From Candidatus Bathyarchaeota archaeon (GTDB lineage: Archaea; Thermoproteota; Bathyarchaeia; Bathyarchaeales; Bathycorpusculaceae), in NCBI GenBank assembly GCA_963827165.1, contig CAWGZR010000005.1, forward strand, positions 640,001 through 704,000: a stretch of DNA of 64,000 nucleotides, written 5' to 3'. Position 1 is the stretch's first letter, and the number at the start of each line of letters is the position of its first letter. Made by a program: the position numbers and the translations under genes. The notes below the pieces were generated by a model that was not told the DNA's origin, did no database searches, and saw nothing but the letters and a program-made list of their open reading frames with translations. Shown here piece after piece: positions 49,226 through 58,010 of this stretch.

Positions 49226-50209
49226 TTAGATGGGGTAAGCTCCGCAAACTTTGCAGAACTGTATCTTGGTTTTGATGTAGCTGTGGCATTTCGGGCATTG
49301 TATGCCGCCTTCGATTTTAGGGAAGATGTCTTTTGGTTTGCCGAATTTCTTGCGGAATACTTCATAGTAAAGCAGTTGCTCTTTGTCTTGGATTTCAACG
49401 TCGTCTGCCTCTTTGATTGCTGCTTTCTTCTCCGCGAATTCCTTCTCAGTTACCATGTCATTGAAGTAGGTCCTCAGAGTCTCTGTTCCTGTTCCCGCTT
49501 CAAGCGGCGCTTTAGGTCTCCAGATGACGTCTTTAGGAATCACATCCTCATAGGCCATGCGCAAAATCCATTTGCTATATTTCACGCCGTCATGCATGTT
49601 AATCTTGAATTTGATAGGCAACTTCATAGCCCAATCCATGAATGATGGGTCACGGTATGGTGCTTTGATTTTCATTCCAAGAGATTCCGCCATTGGGTCC
49701 GATGAGAAACCCATCTCCGCCCACATTTCCTTCTGTTTCACTTCGAATTCAGCTTCAGACAGATGGAATTGCCATGGGTAGCCGAAGAGTTCATCAAGTG
49801 CGTCACCGGTGAATACAGTTTTGATTCCTTTGGGTTTGAACAGGGTTAAGCCGATGTACACTGGTAGGCTGTTTCTGATTTCCATTGGGTCGAATTTTTT
49901 GAGTGCTTCCACAACTTTTGGGTAGAATTTCATTACGTCTTCTTTGCCAAACTGGTACGTCTCCTGTTTCAGGTGAAGGAGCTCAACCATCCGCTTTACG
50001 TATTCGGTGTCTTTTGGTTTTCCATGTTTAAAGGCTAAGGTTAGGCATGGTATGTCAGGTTTGTATTTTACTGCCTCATAGGCGATTATTTGGGTGTCGG
50101 TTCCAGCTGAAAATAAGAAGCCGTCAGCCATGTTGTCTTTGACACATTTGTTTATCAGGGTTCTGACTTTTGGCAAGAGTTTGGTATATTCTGAAGGGTC
50201 TAGCGTCAT
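49226..50209 (-). CDS. Asparagine-synthase C-terminal-like ATP pyrophosphatase lacking a glutaminase domain, with C-terminal zinc ribbon
   Basis: FSAGTDT, TGDALDELFGY, KWILRMAY..WRPKAP..GTG; CPKC..CKVC. Confidence 0.8.
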   Translation of the reverse strand: MTLDPSEYTKLLPKVRTLINKCVKDNMADGFLFSAGTDTQIIAYEAVKYKPDIPCLTLAFKHGKPKDTEYVKRMVELLHLKQETYQFGKEDVMKFYPKVVEALKKFDPMEIRNSLPVYIGLTLFKPKGIKTVFTGDALDELFGYPWQFHLSEAEFEVKQKEMWAEMGFSSDPMAESLGMKIKAPYRDPSFMDWAMKLPIKFKINMHDGVKYSKWILRMAYEDVIPKDVIWRPKAPLEAGTGTETLRTYFNDMVTEKEFAEKKAAIKEADDVEIQDKEQLLYYEVFRKKFGKPKDIFPKIEGGIQCPKCHSYIKTKIQFCKVCGAYPI

Positions 50210-50386
50210 TTCTTTCCCTCGCAATGTATTGTTTGTCATTTTACCAGTATTTAAGTTTACCTTATGCATACAAAAGCCAATAAATTATAAACAAGTGTGC
50301 TGAAAGTGAGCAAAATACTGAACAGACGAGTTAAGACATCTGTCCAAAAAGGCCCTAATCGAAACATCACATTTAAAAGTTAAAAA

Positions 50387-51181
50387 ATGTCAGTCATAAC
50401 AACACCCGCAGGCGCCAGAGGTAGACCTTTGAAAGTAAGCCTACTGCATATGGAGATACGCAATACTTTTGAAGCAAACATAGCCGCAGCCAAAGCCGCA
50501 GTTGAAAAAGCCTCAAAAGAAAAACCAGCAATAATCGCCCTACCCGAATACTTCACCATACCCAACTGCATGGCAGATTTCACCGACGCACAAAAAATTT
50601 CCGAAGAAACCTGCAAAGAAACACTACGATTTCTGCAAGAAGAATCAAAACAGATCGGCGACATCTACCTTTTAGGTGGCTCTGTCCTCGAAGAAGACAA
50701 CGGACAATACTACAACACAAGCACCCTCTGGAAAAACGGCTCCCTATTGGCAAAATACAAAAAAATGAACCCAATACGAGCCGAAATCACAGCCGGGGTT
50801 GCCAGAGGCCGCCAACCCGTCGTTGTTGACACGCAAATCGGCAGAATTGGCCTGTTAGTTTGCGCTGATTCGTTTGACCCCGGTCTTGTGAAACGGGTCG
50901 CGGAGATGGGTGCAGAGATTGTTTCTCTTCCTGTTGCTGCAATGGGAACTCATCCCGTGGTGAAGGGCCACCCATTAACTGAAGGGATCGCACGTACATA
51001 CGGTCTGTTCCTGCTTAAGGTGGGGAATGTGTGTTCAAGCATGAGGGGGGGAAGAAGCGCCATAATCGCTCCATGGGGAACACTTGGCGAAGTAACTGAC
51101 GCGCCTGAAGACTCGATATTGACCCGAGACCTCGACTTTCCGCGATTAAAAGAATACCGAAGCAAACTCAATAGAGCTTAG
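50387..51181 (+). CDS. Carbon-nitrogen hydrolase (nitrilase superfamily)
   Basis: Catalytic triad motifs LPEYF, YKK, LVCAD; GGRSAII.PWG. Confidence 0.88.
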   Translation: MSVITTPAGARGRPLKVSLLHMEIRNTFEANIAAAKAAVEKASKEKPAIIALPEYFTIPNCMADFTDAQKISEETCKETLRFLQEESKQIGDIYLLGGSVLEEDNGQYYNTSTLWKNGSLLAKYKKMNPIRAEITAGVARGRQPVVVDTQIGRIGLLVCADSFDPGLVKRVAEMGAEIVSLPVAAMGTHPVVKGHPLTEGIARTYGLFLLKVGNVCSSMRGGRSAIIAPWGTLGEVTDAPEDSILTRDLDFPRLKEYRSKLNRA

Positions 51182-52052
51182 CCCAACCGTCAACGATTCG
51201 GCTCATTTCCTTAAAATCATATGTTTTCAGCCAATCTCTTAGATTTTCGTTTTGAACGGCAAACTTGCAAACTTGCCTCGCATTCTCAGAGTCATGCACC
51301 AGCAACAAAACAGCATCAACTTTGTGTCTCGAAACGTAAGCTACTGTTTTCAACAACGCCTCAAGTTTTTCGTCAGTTGGCATTTCAGCGCTCAACTCCA
51401 CCACAACAGGTTTCTTGAGTGATGCAACAAAATCCCTTGCCAACATGATCGCCCAGTAGTTAGTAAAGTAATCTCGTGATGAAAGCGGAACGTGAAAATA
51501 ATCAACCAAATCCGCTATCACGCCAAGGTCTAGACCATACCGCTCTTTCGCAAGAACTGGGTCAGGGTAAATTTCCACCGCGAAAGATCCCTTCACCCGC
51601 GATTTGGCTTCCTTCAAAAACTGGGTCACCGTTTGTGCTCTCCACTCTGTCCAGTTTAGCCCGCTTTGTTTCCAAAGTTCAACGCATCTGGGGCAGACGC
51701 AGTATTCTTGGTCGGGAAAATGGTATAGGTTTAGGGTTACGCCCAAAATGTTTTCCTTGCTTAAGCTTTCAATGTAGTTTAAGGCTTTTGCCTTGTAAGC
51801 TGGGTGGGTTGGGCATACAAAGTCAAAAGCAAGGTTTGAACGCTTGTTTTTGCGAAGCGCTGGACCCGTGTTTGACATTGCGACTAAGGTGGGGTCTTCT
51901 CTTATTGCTTTAGCGTCGCAAAAGACCGTGACGTCGTTTTGCATGTCTTTGGCGGCCGGAAAAACTTGTCCATCGGCAGATTTTGAATAATAAACTTGAA
52001 GGTCGTAGCCCTCGACTTTCTCGGGCTTGTAAGTTACTAACCCTATCTGCAT
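51168..52052 (-). CDS. Hypothetical protein, probable TIM barrel with CxCxxC motif; paralog of 53457..54362
   Basis: FVCPTHP, HFPDQEYCVCPRC, WRAQTVTQFL, PDPVLAKERYG.D. Confidence 0.7.
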   Translation of the reverse strand: MQIGLVTYKPEKVEGYDLQVYYSKSADGQVFPAAKDMQNDVTVFCDAKAIREDPTLVAMSNTGPALRKNKRSNLAFDFVCPTHPAYKAKALNYIESLSKENILGVTLNLYHFPDQEYCVCPRCVELWKQSGLNWTEWRAQTVTQFLKEAKSRVKGSFAVEIYPDPVLAKERYGLDLGVIADLVDYFHVPLSSRDYFTNYWAIMLARDFVASLKKPVVVELSAEMPTDEKLEALLKTVAYVSRHKVDAVLLLVHDSENARQVCKFAVQNENLRDWLKTYDFKEMSRIVDGWAKLY

Positions 52053-52113
52053 ATTTCCTTAGTTGATGCGCGCAAACAATATATTCTTGGCGCTTGATTA
52101 ACTTTTGATTCGC

Positions 52114-52323
52114 ATGGGCAAACAGAAAAAATCTCCAATTATTATTGACATCACCAAATGTACTCCTTGTGCAGGAATCATCTGCGTCGGCGTTTGCCCT
52201 CAAGCTGTGTTTGAAGAAGGCAAAAATAGAAAGCCGGAGATAATCGACGTGGTTGAGTGTACTCAATGTGGCGTCTGCGTGAGTTTGTGTCCAGCAAAAG
52301 CAATTACTATAACCAAGTCGTAA
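52114..52323 (+). CDS. 2x[4Fe-4S] ferredoxin
   Basis: CTPCAGIICVGVCP and CTQCGVCVSLCP. Confidence 0.9.
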   Translation: MGKQKKSPIIIDITKCTPCAGIICVGVCPQAVFEEGKNRKPEIIDVVECTQCGVCVSLCPAKAITITKS

Positions 52324-52347
52324 CAGAGAGTTAAGGCGCCAAAAATC

Positions 52348-53391
52348 ATGGAGCAGTTTGAACTTGCAGACAACGTGAGGCTGGTTGTCAAAGAAAATGT
52401 ACTAGCCGTAATTTGTGATACTCCTTTAAAGACAGTTAGTTCAGCATTCTATCATGGCGGGTATAACCAGCTTAAAGCTGTCCTCAATGTAGGGGTGCCG
52501 GACGGATACAGTGACCGATCCTTGCACCTTGACCCGCTAGAACTAATCACCTCATCCGCCTCCAAACTGGGATTAACAAACGATTACCTCGCTATGGTCA
52601 CAGCCGCCAAAATCCAAAACTTCAGCCTAGTCACCAAAAAACTCGACGGCTTCTCAGTCAGCGTCGCCGCAACAGCAGGTTGCAAACACGGAGAATCAAG
52701 CGGCGAAGAAATGAATGTACAGGAAATCGCCGGAGGCACAATAAACCTCATCGTCTTCCTCGACGCTGACCCCACAGACAGCTGCATGGTGGCATCCGTC
52801 ATCACAGCAACCGAGGCGAAATCCGCAGTTCTCAGAGACTTTGATGTTCGCAGCTTCTATACAGGTGATTCCGCGACTGGATCCATAACCGACAGCGTAT
52901 CAGTGGTCTCTAACGGCAAAGGCAAAGCGATCAACTATGCTGGTCCAGCCTCAAAATTGGGCAAAGCAGTCGGCTTCTGCACAAAAAAAGCAGTATCCGA
53001 AGCACTCATCAAGCAAGAACCCTTCTGGGCAAGCCGAACCGCTCTTGACAGGCTCAAAGAGAGGCATCTTCCACTGGAGAAACTTGCCGCGGAGGTATCC
53101 AAAGTCGAAGGCTTAGGTGTCAATGCTGAGAGTTTGGCTGAAATTCTAAAAAATAAACCCGTTGCCCTCGCTCATTTGTTGGCGGCGGCAAAAATGGATG
53201 ACGAGATAAAGAAGAACTTGTTGACTAAAGAATTCGTTGATGCTGCTGACCTCAGCAAATGCTTCGGCAACCTGGCCAACGAAGTAAAGGATTGCTCTAA
53301 CCAGCCAAGTTACGATTCAGTTGATCTGCCACCCTTTCTGAAACATGTTTTAATCAAAATTGTGAAGAAAGCTCTTTCTGGCGATAGCTGA
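52348..53391 (+). CDS. cbiZ: Adenosylcobinamide amidohydrolase CbiZ with C-terminal extension
   Basis: SSAFYHGG, AMVTAA, ATAG, GTINLIV, TATEAK, ATGSITDSV, AGPASKLG. Confidence 0.85.
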   Translation: MEQFELADNVRLVVKENVLAVICDTPLKTVSSAFYHGGYNQLKAVLNVGVPDGYSDRSLHLDPLELITSSASKLGLTNDYLAMVTAAKIQNFSLVTKKLDGFSVSVAATAGCKHGESSGEEMNVQEIAGGTINLIVFLDADPTDSCMVASVITATEAKSAVLRDFDVRSFYTGDSATGSITDSVSVVSNGKGKAINYAGPASKLGKAVGFCTKKAVSEALIKQEPFWASRTALDRLKERHLPLEKLAAEVSKVEGLGVNAESLAEILKNKPVALAHLLAAAKMDDEIKKNLLTKEFVDAADLSKCFGNLANEVKDCSNQPSYDSVDLPPFLKHVLIKIVKKALSGDS

Positions 53392-53456
53392 AAAGACTTA
53401 AATAACTTGCAATTTTATTCGTTGGTTAAAACAAAGGTTACGATGGTGTATCAAAA

Positions 53457-54362
53457 GTGAAATTTGGCGTATTTCTCTATCAACCCGAGCCTGTTGAAGG
53501 CGTCGACTACAACTTTTACCGATTGAAATCTGAGTCAGGAATTGTTGGGAAACCTAACCCTGAAATGTACACTAACATCGCGTGCTTTGGCGATAATTTT
53601 ATGGCTGCGAAAAAGCCAGATTGGGTGTCTGTAAGCTCCTTTGGTCCTGCACTTCGCACAAACAAACACTATAACCTTCGCTGGGACGTCGTATGCATGA
53701 CCAACCCAGAAGCGCGAGAATACAACCTCAAGATTATCGCTGAAAGCGCCAAGGTCACCCCCGGCATAAGCATCAGTAGCCAACACTTTGCCGATCAAGG
53801 TTTCTGTACCTGCCCAAGATGTGTAAAAGAGCAGGCGAAGAGCGGCTTAAGTTGGCTTGACTGGCGCGCAAAGGTCGTAACTGAATTCTTAGCTGAAGTT
53901 AAAGAAAATGTCTCGGGCAAACCGCTGTTCGTAAACTGCTTGCCTGACCCGTTACTGGGCAAGGTCCGTTTTGGCTATGACTTTGAAGCCATGGCGCAGT
54001 ACGCTGACTACTTTGTCATCCCAATGTTCAGCAAAGCTTACCCAACCCCTTGGTACTGGGAAACAATCGCCAGAGGCTACAAGAGCTTCCTAAAAAAGCC
54101 TGTTTATGTGAACTTCTACGTTCGTGGTCCAAACGAAACATGGGATACCGTGGCACCAGCAAAACAAATAATGACGGTCGCCACTCGAGTTGCAAGACAA
54201 GGAGTCGATGGCATCATTTTCTTGGCAGAGAAAGCCGACTATATACGTGAGTTCCAGAAGAGATGCGTTGAAGACAAGGAAACACGCGAGTTTCTCAAAG
54301 ACCACAACGGTGACGAAGTTTTGGAGCTTTTCAACAGATGGGAAAAGATGCTTAAAGCGTAG
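53457..54362 (+). CDS. Hypothetical protein, probable TIM barrel with CxCxxC motif; paralog of 51168..52052
   Basis: GPALRTNK, VVCMTNP, HFADQGFCTCPRC, WRAKVVTEFL, PDPLLGKVRFGYD. Confidence 0.7.
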   Translation: MKFGVFLYQPEPVEGVDYNFYRLKSESGIVGKPNPEMYTNIACFGDNFMAAKKPDWVSVSSFGPALRTNKHYNLRWDVVCMTNPEAREYNLKIIAESAKVTPGISISSQHFADQGFCTCPRCVKEQAKSGLSWLDWRAKVVTEFLAEVKENVSGKPLFVNCLPDPLLGKVRFGYDFEAMAQYADYFVIPMFSKAYPTPWYWETIARGYKSFLKKPVYVNFYVRGPNETWDTVAPAKQIMTVATRVARQGVDGIIFLAEKADYIREFQKRCVEDKETREFLKDHNGDEVLELFNRWEKMLKA

Positions 54363-54747
54363 CATCCCCTCTTTCTCGTCTGACTTTTTTTTATGATCCC
54401 AATGAATATGGATTATGTGTTTTTCGATCGATTAAAACCAAGGGGCTTAGGTCACTGGAAATTAGAGCACATGATCCCTCCCCCCCAGTTTGTCAATCAA
54501 ACCACGAGCGGATTACGGGCTTATCATTTTTTTCATAACAAAACAGACGCATCAAAAAAAACCTCGCCTCTAAAGGGCGCACTGTTTTTACTTCAGAAAA
54601 CAATAACAAAAATGGAATAGAATACTCGCAAATCTGTTTCATTCCTCGAAAGCTCCTTTATCTGCCTGTTTTGCTTTTTTGTGCCTTATTTAGAAAACTA
54701 TATAATTCCTCATGTCGTACAAGCAGTAACTTAAAGGGCGTATCTGC

Positions 54748-56133
54748 TTGAAGATTACTTTGGTTAATCCTCCTTACCCGCTGCATGTGCATTCGCATCC
54801 GCCGTTTATTCCGCTTGGCCTAGCCTATCTGGGCGCGGTGGCGGAGCGGGCAGGGCATGAAGTCAACATCATTGACTGCCAAGCTGAAAAACTACTATAT
54901 GATGGGTTCCGGCAGAGAATCAGCCAATTGAAATCCGATGTCATCGGGGTAACCGCCACCACGCTCCTGTATAAGTCAGCCATGCAGCTTATCGACATAG
55001 CCAAGGATGTGCAGCCGCAAGCAGTGACCCTGCTGGGGGGAAGCCACGGAACTTTCTGGGACGAAAACGCCCTCAAAGAGTTCCCGAGCCTTGATGTGGT
55101 TGTAAGACGAGAAGGCGAAGTGACCTTTATCGAGCTCCTCAGCAAACTGCAAATCGGCAGCAGCCTTGCAGACGTGCTCGGAGTTACCTTCAGGTCAAAA
55201 GACGGCACAATAATTCGCAATGAAGACAGACCATTCATGGAGGATTTGGATTCACTTCCGTTTCCCGCCCATGATTTGCTCCCGCTCGAATCGCTCAAAC
55301 GAATGGGCAAAATCCTTTTTCCACTCATTACCAGCCGCGGTTGCGTATACTGGTGTGACTTCTGTAGTACAGTGCGAATGTTTGGCAGAGGATACCGTTT
55401 CAGAAGCCCAAAAAACGTTGTCGACGAAATGCAATTGGTCCACGACAAATACGGCGTGGATCAAGTCACCTTCTATGATGATGCATTCTCAGTTAACCGC
55501 GATCGAGTTCTCAAAATCTGTGAGGAACTCCATGCTAGAAACCTTGACATGACATGGGACTGCGGAACACGCGTCGACATGGTTGATCGAGAAATGCTCA
55601 AAACCATGCATGAAGCAGGATGCATAGCTGTTTGGATGGGCGTTGAATCAGGTTCAGAAGCCATACTAGGCAAAATGAACAAGAAAATCAAGCTTGATCA
55701 GACACGCGCAGCATTCAAAACAGCAAACGATGTTGGTTTAATGACTATTGGAAACGTTGTGTTGGGCTTTCCAGGCGAAACTGAGCAGACAGCGAAAGAA
55801 ACAATTCGCTTTGTCAAGGAACTTAACCTTGCTGACGTCGGCTTCTACGTTGCTACACCGTATCCTGGGACACCAATGTATGAGCAGGTCAAGAATAACG
55901 GTTGGCTACGAGTCACTGATTTCGATAAATACGATACTGCGGGGCCGACATTCGAAACTCCTTGGTTGACCATGGAGAAACTTGCGGAAATCCGCTACAA
56001 AGCCTATCAGCAATTCTATCTGCGCCCAGGTTACGTGTTTCACATGATGCGTAAAGGTGGAACTTACGGTAAGTCAGCGGTGAAAACTTCAGGCGCTTAC
56101 CTGCTCAGAGCTTTGCATATCAGGCTGTCTTAA
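54748..56133 (+). CDS. Cobalamin-binding radical SAM protein
   Basis: PLGLAYLG..GGSH B12-binding domain; TSRGCVYWCDFC; GVESGS; TPYPGT. Confidence 0.92.
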   Translation: MKITLVNPPYPLHVHSHPPFIPLGLAYLGAVAERAGHEVNIIDCQAEKLLYDGFRQRISQLKSDVIGVTATTLLYKSAMQLIDIAKDVQPQAVTLLGGSHGTFWDENALKEFPSLDVVVRREGEVTFIELLSKLQIGSSLADVLGVTFRSKDGTIIRNEDRPFMEDLDSLPFPAHDLLPLESLKRMGKILFPLITSRGCVYWCDFCSTVRMFGRGYRFRSPKNVVDEMQLVHDKYGVDQVTFYDDAFSVNRDRVLKICEELHARNLDMTWDCGTRVDMVDREMLKTMHEAGCIAVWMGVESGSEAILGKMNKKIKLDQTRAAFKTANDVGLMTIGNVVLGFPGETEQTAKETIRFVKELNLADVGFYVATPYPGTPMYEQVKNNGWLRVTDFDKYDTAGPTFETPWLTMEKLAEIRYKAYQQFYLRPGYVFHMMRKGGTYGKSAVKTSGAYLLRALHIRLS

Positions 56134-56496
56134 CATTCTAACGAAAGCCACAACAGCGAAAACCAGCACAATAGCGCTAAGAGAAACCGTTATCGAAGTA
56201 AAGTTTATTCCTACCGGCGAAAGACCCAAAAACAAGCCTGTTAACCCGTCTAAACCAAAACTCAACGCCACCGACAACACCGCCTGCTCCACTGGGTCAA
56301 CTCGGTTTTTGCCAATAAAGAGGACTTTTACTAAGCAGTAGCCTGGAAGGAAAACAACAAAAATAAAACCGAAAACATAACGCAAAACTGCAAACCACGA
56401 ATTTCCCGGAATAAAGTACGTCACACTTAACGTTAAAACTGTGAAGGCAACGATGATTTCAAGCCATTCAAGAGGTTTCAGGTTTTTTCGCTTCAA
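56089..56496 (-). CDS. DUF1616-like membrane protein (short)
   Basis: RYVFGFIFVVFLPGY..E.AVLSVALS; probable TTG start at 56496. Confidence 0.65.
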   Translation of the reverse strand: MKRKNLKPLEWLEIIVAFTVLTLSVTYFIPGNSWFAVLRYVFGFIFVVFLPGYCLVKVLFIGKNRVDPVEQAVLSVALSFGLDGLTGLFLGLSPVGINFTSITVSLSAIVLVFAVVAFVRMLRQPDMQSSEQVSA

Positions 56497-56531
56497 AACT
56501 TTAAAAATAAAAAATAAAGGAAGGGTTTTTT

Positions 56532-57443
56532 CTACATAAACATCTTGTAGATCGGATGAGTTTCCTCGACTGGTCTTGTTCCAAGGTCGCCTGCGGCTGA
56601 AGCAACGTATGTGTCGGTTATGGCTACGGCGGGGAATATCCATTCAGCTTGCTCTGCGGGTCCAATCATAAGCCAGTTTGCGCCTACAGTCTGCATGATA
56701 GAGTTGGTTGAGGTTCTGCATCCGGGGCGGAATTCTTTCGCGACGTTTGCTTTGACCCAACCCATAGTTGTGACTACGTTTCCGCTGCCCAGGCCTACTG
56801 GATGACCATACTTCTCTTTCATAATCGGTATGGTTCTAACTGCTGTACCCATGTCTGGAGCGAACGCTGGAATGGCTGTGTCAATCAAAGGCTTTGTGAT
56901 TCCACCTTTTTCTGCCAACGCTAATGCTTCCTCAATGACCTTCATTTTACCTTCCATTGTGGTATCTTTAGGATCATCGGCAAGCACTATTGACATTTTG
57001 ACACCGCTTTCTTTCAAATTCGCCAATTCAGCATCGGTAACACCCTTGTAGACTGAATTGTAGAGGCATCGGTCTGCAAGACCCATCTTCTTAGCGATAG
57101 TGGCTGCAGTCATACGTGTCTTCGGACTCATCGCATCAAGCATTAATGGAGCATCGCTGTGTTTCGCAACGAAGTCAATGTATTTCTCAAAAGCCAACTC
57201 CGTAGTTCCAACAATGTCAAACGCAAACTGCACACCAGTAATGTCACTTTGATTCTGCATCGTGTTGATGATGTCTTCCGCAGCTTTAGCGTCAAAAATA
57301 CCCTTGTTTGCATCTTGAACCATTTTCTGGCCAAGCCAAAAGATGGATCCGATGAGAAAAGTCGGTAGTTCTCCCGGTTGTCCGCCTACTTTAGCTCTTC
57401 CAACAGTGTATATTTTCTGTTCGGTGTTGAATTTAAAGGACAT
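56532..57443 (-). CDS. MtrH/MtgA-family pterin:corrinoid methyltransferase
   Basis: FKFNTEQKIY.VG..KVGGQPGELPT.LIGSIF..G.F..AE; YNS; PVGLG..N; GANW...GP. Confidence 0.88.
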   Translation of the reverse strand: MSFKFNTEQKIYTVGRAKVGGQPGELPTFLIGSIFWLGQKMVQDANKGIFDAKAAEDIINTMQNQSDITGVQFAFDIVGTTELAFEKYIDFVAKHSDAPLMLDAMSPKTRMTAATIAKKMGLADRCLYNSVYKGVTDAELANLKESGVKMSIVLADDPKDTTMEGKMKVIEEALALAEKGGITKPLIDTAIPAFAPDMGTAVRTIPIMKEKYGHPVGLGSGNVVTTMGWVKANVAKEFRPGCRTSTNSIMQTVGANWLMIGPAEQAEWIFPAVAITDTYVASAAGDLGTRPVEETHPIYKMFM

Positions 57444-57462
57444 TTTTCCTCATCCGACGGAT

Positions 57463-57891
57463 TTATTTTTTGCCTATAGCTTTTTTTGCGAGTTCAGGAG
57501 CTTCTTCCTTGTTTTTACCAAAGAATGCGCCCATGGCATCAGCGTCTTCCTTTTTGACGGCAGCACCGCCCATGATTATGGCGATTTTTCCTTTGAGGCC
57601 AGCTGCTTTTAATGCTTCATCTAGCTTTGCAAGATTGTTCTTAGCAGGCACGGTATTCACAGAAACAGCAATCAAGTTTGCGTTGTTCTCTTTTGCTTTG
57701 TCAACGAAAACTTGCGGGGCAACGCTTTTTCCGACGTCGATTGTTTTAAATCCAGCGCGTTTTAGTGACCTTCTGACTGCTTCTTTCGCAGTGTCATGCA
57801 TGTCAGGTTCGATATTGCCGATGACGACTATGCCGATTGGATTCTCTGGTTCTGGAGGCTCTTTTTCCATCATAGATTTAAGCCACGACAT
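57463..57891 (-). CDS. Stand-alone cobalamin-binding (corrinoid) protein
   Basis: GNIEPDMHDTAK (DxHxxG variant), IDVG..V, SVNT, IMGGA. Confidence 0.85.
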   Translation of the reverse strand: MSWLKSMMEKEPPEPENPIGIVVIGNIEPDMHDTAKEAVRRSLKRAGFKTIDVGKSVAPQVFVDKAKENNANLIAVSVNTVPAKNNLAKLDEALKAAGLKGKIAIIMGGAAVKKEDADAMGAFFGKNKEEAPELAKKAIGKK

Positions 57892-58010
57892 TTAAACACC
57901 TTTTTTCCTTTTTTGTTACTCTGGGCTTTTTATACTCGAGTTTCATATTTAAGCTTTGACCAATAATTTCATCAAACGTTAAAAGATACAACGAAAAGAG
58001 AGGGGCGAAA

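Noticed and set aside
56532-57443. Evidence for methanogenesis (Mtr complex)
   Set aside because: Only a stand-alone MtrH-family gene is present; there are no mtrA-G or mcr genes in the window.
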